NCBI GenBank assembly: GCA_000934665.2 | Contig: JYFJ02000277.1 | Coordinates: 1-64,000, forward strand | Direction of reading: 5' to 3' | Length of the DNA: 64,000 nucleotides | Source of the DNA: Catajapyx aquilonaris | Taxonomy: Eukaryota | Part shown: positions 41,162-50,875 of the stretch, piece after piece | Layout: each line of letters opens with the position of its first letter | Numbering within the stretch: the first letter of the stretch is position 1 | Translations under genes and position numbers: made by a program | The notes under the pieces: generated by a model | What the model was told of the DNA's origin: nothing | The model's database searches: none | What the model saw: only the letters and a program-made list of their open reading frames with translations

Positions 41162-41815
41162 TCAGTAAATGCTTAATGCTGATGGATTTCTGTAAGCTTT
41201 CTCACACTGGTCACACTTGTGTGGCCTTTCATCTGTGTGCGAATTCTTGTGATATTTTAGGCCATTTTTAGTTGCATATTTCTTAGGACATTCTGTGCAT
41301 TCGAAAGGCTTTTCATCTACATGTTGCCTTCGAATATGTTGCAGCGATCCATCCTTACTTGACAATGATTTTCCACACTGTTCACACGTTTGACGCTTCT
41401 GCTCACAATGCATTAGCTTGTGCTGTGTGAGTGTGTGTAAGGACTTGAACACCTTCTTACATTTAGAGCACTGCAATGTGTTATGTTGTTTCTCATGGCT
41501 CTGCAGTTTACATACAGTGTCAAATGTCTGACAGCAAACAGTACATTTATAAGGCAACCTGTATTTCTTGCAAAGCATCTTTGAGTCACCTTGCTGTTCA
41601 TCCTTCAACGGATCACTGGCAGCAGGCTGGTCAAGAGTCTTTCCAATACTCTCAGACTCTGGAAACTGGACCAATGAATGATGAGATGTAGGTTGGTCAC
41701 TTCCATCCATCACCAGACAATTCTCCTCCTTGACCCACACCTGCTCATAATTGACTTCTGGAATGGATTCCATGCCCAAATCCTCGTTTTCCTGTTTCAC
41801 CTTCACGTCAGACAT
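41162..41815 (-). CDS. C2H2 zinc-finger protein, C-terminally truncated paralog of 46846-47685 (possible pseudogene)
   Basis: MSDVKVKQE acidic N-terminus, 4 complete fingers plus half finger; ~60-nt deletion relative to paralog causes frameshift. Confidence 0.75.
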   Translation of the reverse strand: MSDVKVKQENEDLGMESIPEVNYEQVWVKEENCLVMDGSDQPTSHHSLVQFPESESIGKTLDQPAASDPLKDEQQGDSKMLCKKYRLPYKCTVCCQTFDTVCKLQSHEKQHNTLQCSKCKKVFKSLHTLTQHKLMHCEQKRQTCEQCGKSLSSKDGSLQHIRRQHVDEKPFECTECPKKYATKNGLKYHKNSHTDERPHKCDQCEKAYRNPSALSIY

Positions 41816-42611
41816 GGTTTCTGCAACAAACAGTATCCTTTCTGAAATTAATGTGTAATTCTATAGTGTTCCTCAAAATTGACATTACTTATTTAAAAAT
41901 GTATAAACCAAAAATCAACAACACACTTCATTTACTTAATTAATGTGGTAGTATGTAAGTTGACAGAAAATTTCTATAATGCAAATTCAACACTTGCAAA
42001 AATATGAAATGTCGCCAAACTTGCTTGTCCCAATTTGGCAAGACCGAATTTTGGAAAAGGTCCAAGCCCCAGAAACAAATAAGCCTTCCCAACACTTCCC
42101 TGTCCCACAAGCACAAGGTCAATCATTCCCTCAATGTGCACATCAAGATGTACGATGTAGGTCTCACTATCCCTCTCAATCACCGCTATATGCCTTACTG
42201 TTCAAAGCCCTACTGTGTTACATCACATGCATGTGGCATGCTTTTATGCCGTCTGCCAAGGGAGCAATAATATATTATTATCAGAGACACCAATACCTAC
42301 TATGATATCAACCAGTAAATAACTGAGCAGTGTATTTTCAATGGCAGAGTAGTCTGGTTACATTAGTTTAATTTAGATGCAATGGCATGACATGATATGC
42401 AAGCATCAAAGTATCAATAGCTGCTACCATGCACTCTTTAGCAATGTGAATGGCCAACTTGTACCAGATTTTTCCATAGTAATAATAATGGGTTTAGTGC
42501 TCCCCCCAATGGGCAGCCTGCACAATACCTTTATTTGCTTTGAAGTACAGCTAGTATAAGATGGTCCTTTTACTGTAACACCCACCCGGGTACCGCGAGC
42601 AACAGGGAAGG

Positions 42612-42831
42612 TGACAGGAGGGGATGTGAAAGGTGCAGTGCAGTACAGCCGCTTTGATCATTTTGTGAACTCCCCAGGGTGGTTTAGTCTATTGGAAATA
42701 CCACCGGAGACGAAGTCACAGATGACCTTAAACTCTGCATGAGATGAAGGGGGTGTCCCCGGGCAGGATTTGAACACGGGACCTTAACATCCGTGGGCTC
42801 ATACGTTACCGCAGCACCACTCCGCCTCCCC
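42612..42831 (-). mobile_element. Family A SINE, 3'-truncated or diverged copy
   Basis: Reverse complement of the family A head and body (catacgttaccgcagcaccactccgcctcccc). Confidence 0.85.
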
Positions 42832-43090
42832 GATTTCTCCATATAGTAAAACCAGGATATTCATGAGTACTGCATATGCCATGGAATCCAACACACTCAA
42901 CCTCGATACAATGCTTTTCGACGGACAGACCCGAAGTAGCGATACAAGCGGGAATTTCTTACATGCTAAAAATTCCATTTTCATTACCCCACTTGGGGAG
43001 CTACTAACTTACTCCTTTGGGGGGAATTACCACCAGCGGGATTTGTTGGAGGGAGTTAAGAAGGATCTTATTAGTTTACTCCAAGGGTAG

Positions 43091-43285
43091 GTGGGAGGGG
43101 ATGTGCAAAGTGGTCATTTTGTGAACTCCCCCGGGTGGATTAGTTTTTAGGAAATTTCCACCCGAAATGAAGCCAGAGATGGCCCAACTCTGCACGGATA
43201 AAGGTGGGAACTCCGGGTGGGGATTGAACCCGGGACCTTATTATCTGTGGATTCACACTTTACCGCGGTGCCACTTCATCTCCCC
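43091..43285 (-). mobile_element. Family A SINE, older diverged copy
   Basis: gtgaactcccccgggtgg..actctgcacg..gggattgaacccgggacctta matches family A reverse complement. Confidence 0.75.
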
Positions 43286-43524
43286 ACTTTAAAAATGCAA
43301 TTTAATTCAACCTTTACTCAGAGAAATACCCGAGTTAAAAGCTCAATATTTTTTAATTGTTTTTACTGTACACAGGTGACTGTACCATCACTGCATTACA
43401 GCTATAGTACAAAGATATAAAAAACAAATGAAAAATGCAGTACATATAAAATACAAACAGACTGAATCTACAAATGCAATACTAGGCCTACTCGCATAAC
43501 ATTACTACATGAAGTCATGTAGTG

Positions 43525-45036
43525 TCATTTATCACAGTGGCTTGATCCTGCACGAAGGATGGCATTTTCGAGAGCATGGAGATGCTGGAATGATTCTCCG
43601 GCTGTGGACTGGTATGTCATATAAGCACGGATGGTGGACAGAGCTTCCATAGCAGTAGCCTTCAAAGGCGGAGGAGGTAGCTCATCATTTTCGTAATTAT
43701 CATCACCCTTCACTTCCTCCTCTTCATTATCATCTGCATTTCCTTCTTTTTTCACACTACGGTTAGCAATGAGATCCGATGTCGACTGCAGTTCTGTAGT
43801 CACAAGATCATCATCAACAGTTGCAAAGTCATGAAATGTAACCCCAGTGTGCTCTTCCAATGCTCTGCTATCCTGAATGAGGACAATGTCACAGGGGTCC
43901 TCGTGAGCTACCTCACTCGCATCATTTCCAAGTCCTGCCTTCCTAAAGCAATTTCTGATTGTGTTGGGATCCACATCCACCCAAGCTGAGGTGATCCAGT
44001 GCAGTGCATCCAGAACATTTACTTTTGGCTGCTCAGACCTGTCCATGAAGTGAAGGTAACGATGTACTACACGCATTCTGTACTTTTGTTTGAGCATGCT
44101 GATCACGCCCTGGTGTAGTGGCTGCAGTCTACTGGTAGAATTGGGAGGAAAGAATTCAAGTCTGATATTTTTCAGGGTAATGTCCTTGGGATGGGCTGCG
44201 CAATTGTCAACAAACAAAAGCACTCTGCGTTTTTGGCAGTCCAGATGCCTATCCCATTCTTCAAGCCATGTCACGAACTGATCGCATGTCATCCAAGCTT
44301 TTGGCTGTGACGTATAGTCACATGGAAGTGAGCACACATTGTGAAAACATCCCCGCATGGCAGAATTTCCTATCACTAACGGCTTGAGTTTGTCAGTCCC
44401 ATTGCTGTTCACACACAACAGTACCGTAAGTCGCTCTTTGCTCAGCTCTCCATTGTGGCACCTCTCCGTCTTGTACACAAGTGACTTGTGGGGCAGAAGC
44501 TTAAAATATAGACCAAACTCGTGAGCACTGTAGATCTCGTCAGGTGCATATTCCTTAGGAAGTGTTGTCATGATGTGGGAGATACAGGTTTGAGCAGCTA
44601 CATCGTCAACAGACTCCCCTTTGCCACTGATTTGGCGATAAGTAATACCATGGCGCTGTCTGAACCGATTGAGCCACCCGGTGGATGCACTGAATTCAGT
44701 GTTGCCAAGTTCTTTAGCTATCTGCAGTGCTTTTTCTTGTAGAGTCGGCCCATTTGTAGAGATAGACATGGCACGCGCTTTGTGAAACCATTCTAGTAAA
44801 ATTCCCTCCACCTCATCGTACTTTCCTGCTCTCACTTTTTTCCTTTTCACAGCCCCTAATGAAACGCTATTCTCGATGTCTTTGCGGTTACTCACTATTG
44901 TCCTTAATGTCGACGAGGATATGCCCAGTCGTGCTGCCAGTTCCTTCTGAGTCAAGGTGCTGTTCTGATCGTACTGGTGCAGAATTTCGCATTTTTCTGC
45001 CATCGAAAATGACTTCCTGTTCTTCTTTCCTTCCAT
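43525..45036 (-). CDS. pogo/Tigger-derived protein (CENP-B/TIGD4/6-like): HTH-psq, CENP-B HTH, DDE_1 domain, acidic tail; 503 aa
   Basis: RKSFSMAEKCEIL, STLRTI, LLEWF..GPTLQEKA..FSASTGWLNRFRQRHGI, SKERLTVLLC.NSNG.DKLKPLVIG, LLFVDNCAAH, FFPPNSTSRLQPLHQGVI. Confidence 0.92.
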   Translation of the reverse strand: MEGKKNRKSFSMAEKCEILHQYDQNSTLTQKELAARLGISSSTLRTIVSNRKDIENSVSLGAVKRKKVRAGKYDEVEGILLEWFHKARAMSISTNGPTLQEKALQIAKELGNTEFSASTGWLNRFRQRHGITYRQISGKGESVDDVAAQTCISHIMTTLPKEYAPDEIYSAHEFGLYFKLLPHKSLVYKTERCHNGELSKERLTVLLCVNSNGTDKLKPLVIGNSAMRGCFHNVCSLPCDYTSQPKAWMTCDQFVTWLEEWDRHLDCQKRRVLLFVDNCAAHPKDITLKNIRLEFFPPNSTSRLQPLHQGVISMLKQKYRMRVVHRYLHFMDRSEQPKVNVLDALHWITSAWVDVDPNTIRNCFRKAGLGNDASEVAHEDPCDIVLIQDSRALEEHTGVTFHDFATVDDDLVTTELQSTSDLIANRSVKKEGNADDNEEEEVKGDDNYENDELPPPPLKATAMEALSTIRAYMTYQSTAGESFQHLHALENAILRAGSSHCDK

Positions 45037-46145
45037 AAATGCTTGTTAGGGCAGCACTAAAGAAAATACACAATCCACATTGAACAAGGCAAGAAACCAG
45101 AGTGCGAGGGAGTAGGCAGCCCAGCAGTGGCCTTCAGTCCCTCTACACACAATGCACAGTTGGACATTAAATGCAGAACAAACTCTCATCAGTTTCTCTG
45201 GGTACAAGGGAAAGTGTCATAATAAGCAGGAGCGTTATATCAGTCACTTGGTGTGGTTAAAGAAGTGGGCAAGCAAGTGGCACAGCATCCGTCTCTCCCC
45301 CGGTGCATTTACCTGCACAGTCTGGAATTTAAGCAAATACGGTGCTGCTTCAGCTGGTGGAGTAGGTGCAACTAAAGGCCTTCCAATAACGGCGACTGTC
45401 TCCTCAACATTCTGGACACCACCTAACATCCGCAAGCTGCATTGTATGTCCGCACAAGCTGCCCGTCATCCATTATATTGACCCATGACCCTATGAAAGG
45501 GGATAATATAGTAGGTGATTAATTAAGGCGGTCAGCACACATCACAAGTGCAGGCTAAATATGCGAGCAGCTAACAATACCACTCACCAAATAATGGAAG
45601 GGAGACAGTCGGCCATGTTGGAATGAAGGAGCATTCGGGTGGCTGGGTCCATCCGTCAATAATTGTCCATGGTTCTCATGATCTCATGTGGAATCTGGCA
45701 TGTTATGATTCCTTCAGAATATTGCCTGTGGGATGCGCTGAAAGCATGCCTACTACGCATGTCTTCAGGCCTCCTCTTCTACAGTAAATCACATTAAGTA
45801 CAGCGGGAGACAACAACAGAGAAATATGAAGCCTATATGTAGGTTTCCGAACACTCCAGCAGCAGGCAGATTATAATATTCACCTCCATTACAACAAATA
45901 TAAATGTTGTGTTTGAAAGAATTTATTTATGTAATGCTACATGTTTTTTTTTTTACACCAGCTGGGTGCATTACGCCCCAGGCAACAACAGGTATCTTGC
46001 TAGTTATAGGTGTAATAACTATTATCCCACATAGGAGCACATTGTAATGTGGTTTCTCTTTTCCAAAATAATTGTGAACACATAATGATTAACATGAAAT
46101 ACAGCTTGTGCACAAAACACCTCAATGAGAGTTTATCACCTACCT

Positions 46146-46531
46146 AACAACCACTTTTTACTCCCATGAATTGTGAAGATTTTCCACTATTCTCCTGTGC
46201 CTATATCCGTGTTGCACGAATATCACCTCAGTCGCTAATGGTCACATTAGCAGGGTCAGCATTAGCAGGGGGATAGGAAAATCGGGGGTTTCTTGTAGTG
46301 ATAACAAACACTAAATCTTCTCATTCTATCAACACAGAGCAGAGTATTATTGGCAAAACTTTTAGTTTCCCCAATATCCCTATGCCATCAATGTTAAAGT
46401 TTGGCTTGTATTTTGACCATGCCAAAGTAAGCATAAGCAGCAGAGGTGTTATTTGCACACTATATAGGCAACTCATAATAAACAAAAGGTAAAAATGTTC
46501 AAAATTCATGGGAGTAAAAAGTAGTAGGTTG
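46146..46531. mobile_element. Putative MITE with ~40-bp imperfect TIRs
   Basis: actttttactcccatgaatt ... aattcatgggagtaaaaagt. Confidence 0.55.
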
Positions 46532-46590
46532 GTGGTAAGAGGAACTTACTCTGGAAGGTATTTAAAAAAAAAAGTTATTTAACTTTCTTA

Positions 46591-46954
46591 GGCCTGGTTC
46601 ATACATGGCGACATTTAGTCGATTTCGATTAGTAGATTTCAAATATTACTCTAATATAACTGTCATATTGGATAATGCATTTTTAATTCGGAAATTTTAA
46701 CAACTGATTTGAATTTATGGACTATGAAAACCCCCGAATCATGAATTTTGTCAAGAAAATGCAATTTTCTGCTCTTGCGAGCTTCTGCCCCACTGCAGTT
46801 GCCGAGTCAAGCGCTTGCAGTGCCGGATGCGAGCAACTGGAGTAGTCAGTTGCTGTGGCTTGTGACTGAGGTCGCCACGTATGAACCGGCCTGAGCGACT
46901 GTAGCGGTCAGTTGCTGTGGCTTGCGACTGAAGTTGCCATGTGTGAATCGGCCT
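46591..46954. mobile_element. PIF/Harbinger-type MITE inserted in the last codons of the ZF gene
   Basis: TIRs ggcctggttcatacatggcgac / gttgccatgtgtgaatcggcct; TTA at 46588-46590 and 46955-46957; right end tandemly duplicated (~62 bp). Confidence 0.75.
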
Positions 46955-47685
46955 TTAGAGGTAATTTTTAGGGTGTGAAACCATTCATGCTTATTCAGTT
47001 GGAACCTATTTGTAAATGTCTCAGAACACACACTGCACTCAAATAAATACACCGGACAATGTTTTAATAATTTGTGCTGACTTAAGGCTGATGGATTTCT
47101 GTAAGCTTTCTCACACTGGTCACACTTGTATGGCCTTTCATCTGTGTGCGAATTCATGTGATATTTTAGGCGATTTTTAGTTGCATATTTCTTGGGACAT
47201 TCTGCGCATTCGAAAGGTTTTTCATCTACATGTTGCCTTCGAATATGCTGTAGCAATGAATCCTTACTTGACAATGATTTTCCACACTGACCACAGGTAT
47301 GAGACTTCTCCCCACCATGCATTAACTGATGATGTACGAGTCTATGTATGGACTTGAACACCATCTTACACTCATAGCACTGCAATTTCTTGTGATTCTT
47401 CTCATGAATCTGGAGCTTACCCACAGTGTCAAATTTCTTACAGCAAACAATACACTTATGCAATGATGTACATCTCTTGCGACGCATCTTTGGGTCACGT
47501 CGCTGTTCCTTTTTCAACGGGTCACTCGTCTCCCCGGCACTTTCAGACTCTGGAATCTTGTCCTCACTTTCATCCATCAGCGGGCAATCCTCCTCCTTGA
47601 CCCACACCTGCTCATGGTCGACTTCTGGGATGGAATCCAGCATGCCCAAGTCAACTTTTTCCGGCTTCACCTTGACGTCAGACAT
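46846..47685 (-). CDS. C2H2 zinc-finger protein, 6 fingers, 279 aa
   Basis: Six CxxC-x12-Hx3-4H units with EKPF/ERPY linkers; acidic VKxE N-terminus. Confidence 0.9.
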   Translation of the reverse strand: MSDVKVKPEKVDLGMLDSIPEVDHEQVWVKEEDCPLMDESEDKIPESESAGETSDPLKKEQRRDPKMRRKRCTSLHKCIVCCKKFDTVGKLQIHEKNHKKLQCYECKMVFKSIHRLVHHQLMHGGEKSHTCGQCGKSLSSKDSLLQHIRRQHVDEKPFECAECPKKYATKNRLKYHMNSHTDERPYKCDQCEKAYRNPSALSQHKLLKHCPVYLFECSVCSETFTNRFQLNKHEWFHTLKITSKGRFTHGNFSRKPQQLTATVAQAGSYVATSVTSHSN

Positions 47686-48233
47686 GGCTCCTGCAGCAAC
47701 CAGTATTCTTTCTGAAATTAACAGGTATTACAGGTGTGTCCAAATGAAAAGTTGGGTGACGAGCATAGAAGCCTCAAAACCACTAATAATGACCACACAG
47801 AGCAATAATCCGCAAACGGGAGAGAGAAAAGAGAGACATCAACAGTCGGCCATGTTGGGAGTGAGTGAAGGCGCATTCGGGTGGCTGGAATTAAGGTCAA
47901 TCTCATTTGAGGTCTTGTAATGTAATTTTTTCACTTCAGATAAACCAGCTAAACGGAGAAGCAACAATGACAACATATGAATGACACATCCTTCCAGCTA
48001 GTTCCTACTTTTTTTGTACACTAGTTCCATGGGTAAACAATCCGTAACTGCAGACTAAAAGTGAATTCATCTGCACTTGTTTAACGAATAAACTATTCAT
48101 CATTTTCATTAATCACACTTTTATTGTGTAGTTAATGGAGGCTACGTAATCATTGCCCTCATTCGGCCCACACTTGTAAGTACACATAATGTACACATTA
48201 CTCATAAACCAGACGTTAATTGCGTCACTTTTT

Positions 48234-50053
48234 TCACTTGTGAATGCAGGGATGAGTTAGGAACAGTTTCTTGGATTCGTAAAGATGTCTGCAAAACTTG
48301 CAAGTGACTGATTCAACACTGTGAGTCTTCATGTGCAGTAAGAGTCCCCAATTCGTAGAACATTCTTGGAGGCACACTACGCAAGTAAACTTGTTGCCCG
48401 AATGCGAAATGGAATGGCGCACCTGTTCAGACTTACTGGAAAACCCTTTACCGCAATATTCACATGTGAAGGGCTTCACGTCTGAGTGAGTAGCAACGTG
48501 CATTTTGAAACCACGCATTGTGTTGCAAGATTTAAGGCATACACTGCATTCAAACGGACCTTTGGCTAGGTGTATTGTATTAATGTGAAATTCCAGTTCA
48601 GTGGAGCTAAAAAAGCACTTTCGGCAGTAATGGCAATGAAAGCGGCCTGCATGTATTCTCATATGATTAACTAGCTTTGCATGGGTCGAGAAGCAACACT
48701 GGCACACACTACATGTGAATTGATGAGTCCAGGGACGATTTTCAGGGTGGGTCCACTTGTGGTTCATCAGGTCACGGTTTGTTCCAAACATCTTGAAACA
48801 AGTCTTACACACAAACGTCCTAATGCCTCGGTGTCTGCTGCAGAGTGGGTCTTCCTCCTTGCTGGGGGCACACACGACTGACAGCATTTCTTCTTCATGC
48901 ACCCTTGTACTGATCTCATCTGACTCCAAGTTCTCTTCCTTGACACGAACTTCCTGCAGCCCAGGTGTCGGTTCATCCTCAATTTCCTGCTTGACTTTTA
49001 TTGCAGACATGGCGCCTGCTAGCAGAACCAGATATAAAATTTTGTTAGATTTCTCATTAGGAATTGGCATTGCTAGCATGAGTCAAATATCATTGCTAAA
49101 TATTTTTTTGCACCATCCTGACCCATAAATAAGGGCCGTTTTCTCGAACAGCGGTTCAAATGTAAACCGGGTTCAAAGCCAGTTTAATCCCTGATTTGAT
49201 TGTTGTTAGGTTGTTAGGTTTGAACCGGGTTTACATTTGAACCACTGTTCGAGAAAACGGCCCTTAGTCATTTGGAGAGAAGACAGAACATGCCCACTTG
49301 TTTCAAAACTCTACACAAATTTCCACAACACCACCGGAGTACCTATTTGGAACATGCTTTTCCTGTGTGATGACTTATACAAGTGCGTATGATGGTCCTT
49401 CCCTCACTATTATCAATCATGTGACATGCAGTGTGCTTCTCTGCCCAAGTTGATTATCTGAAGAGTGAACAGTTTCATCCATGTGGTACTGAACTCCTAA
49501 CAGCACTTGGTTGTTAATCCAATGGATTGAAATTGTGCGGCACAAGAGTCTACATTTAAAATGAGAAAAATCTATATGTTCTTTCATTACAGAAATTCCA
49601 CAGAACTACAGTAGTTTTTCCCTTAATAGAATAAACAGCTAAGACCTATACTGGTCAGCACCGGCCTATAGAGGCATAGGGGTCAAATCCAACATGCCCA
49701 ATAAAACTAGTACTGCCCAGCCATAGTCCAGCGTGTGGTCCAGTGTTTACCTGCGCTTGTACTGGTTTTGGCCTTCTTCGTGGACTGCCGGTTTCCCCTT
49801 TTTTTGCGCTTTTCCGCAGCTGCTTGATTTGTGGGCTTGTCAACATGAGGCCTCTGTGGTAACGAAGGCGCCGTCCCTGATTCCAAGAGATGAATCTTGG
49901 TTGGAGCACCTAGAATATAATGTCACTGATGTTGAACGCGCCACAATAAACATGATTAACCTGAGGAACCCAACGTACAAGAGGTGAATTGAAACCACGA
50001 ATTATGAAAAATGGAGAGCGTGGCCTACCTCCCCGCTTCCTTGCTTCAGCCAT
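48234..50053 (-). CDS. C2H2 zinc-finger protein (~7 fingers); main exon 48234-~49018, probable upstream coding exons 49751-49909 and 50029-50053
   Basis: Main exon MSAIKVKQE plus 6 C2H2 and 1 C2HC fingers; upstream exons read in frame as MAEARKRG|GAPTKIHLL..AEKRKKRGNRQSTKKAKTSTSA| with phase-1 junctions (upstream exons less certain). Confidence 0.8.
49133..49263. mobile_element. PIF/Harbinger-type MITE in ZF intron
   Basis: gggccgttttctcgaacagcggttcaaatgtaaacc / ggtttacatttgaaccactgttcgagaaaacggccc; flanks TAA/TTA. Confidence 0.8.
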
Positions 50054-50817
50054 GCCCTTCTTCACAAACCTGCAATTAATTAACTAATTAATTAATCACG
50101 TCGGCCATTGCTCAACAACTCCGCCGAAAGCCGCCAGATGCCTGCCACTATTTATTTTTCCACTGCGTTCACAGCATCTTGGTTCACAGCTACTGGCAAG
50201 TCTAATGTGACCTGCAAACATCAGATAAACTGATAATAATTATAAAAATAATTACCAAATCAGAATTAATTGACACGGGGGGCTAAATGAAGCGCAGCAG
50301 CTTACACCTTCCGCTGTTGTAATAATTGCGAATTAATACGCCCAAAAATAATTCAGTGACTAAATAATTTTCGCCTATAATAATTAATGAAGGTTTGGTT
50401 TTAAAACTATTCCCTCGACGGTGGGTGTTCGGGCCGGATATTCCACGTTTACCGTTAGGTTGGCTACAAACGTTATTTTGTAGCTGACAATTCCCACGTG
50501 CCTGATGTGCGCAAATGGTCATTGATATGTACCGCACATGCTAGCTCATACTCCAGAGCACAGTGTACACACAGCATCGGTATGCCTAATCTGTCTCAAG
50601 GTGTCTGAACTGGTCTGTACTGGACTCCGAGCTGTTACTCCTAAATAGCGGCGATTGGTGAGACACTGCGACGCGAATCACTCTTTCATTTTTTTGCCCC
50701 CCACTCCACCCCCTCCACTCCCCCTCCCTCGTCCCTCCCCGACCCAAACTAGGCCTCGCATTCCAGGAGAGACTAGGAGAGGGATCAACGCCACGTGTAG
50801 CGTCGGTTCGTCGCCGG

Positions 50818-50828
50818 TTCCTTTCCCC
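50818..50828 (+). promoter_or_regulatory. Polypyrimidine TCT/5'TOP-like initiator of RPL5
   Basis: ttcctttcccc ~50 nt upstream of the ribosomal protein ATG. Confidence 0.6.
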
Positions 50829-50875
50829 AAATAATTTCCCAGTTTTGCCATTATCCCAGTTGAGGAGCAGCAGCC

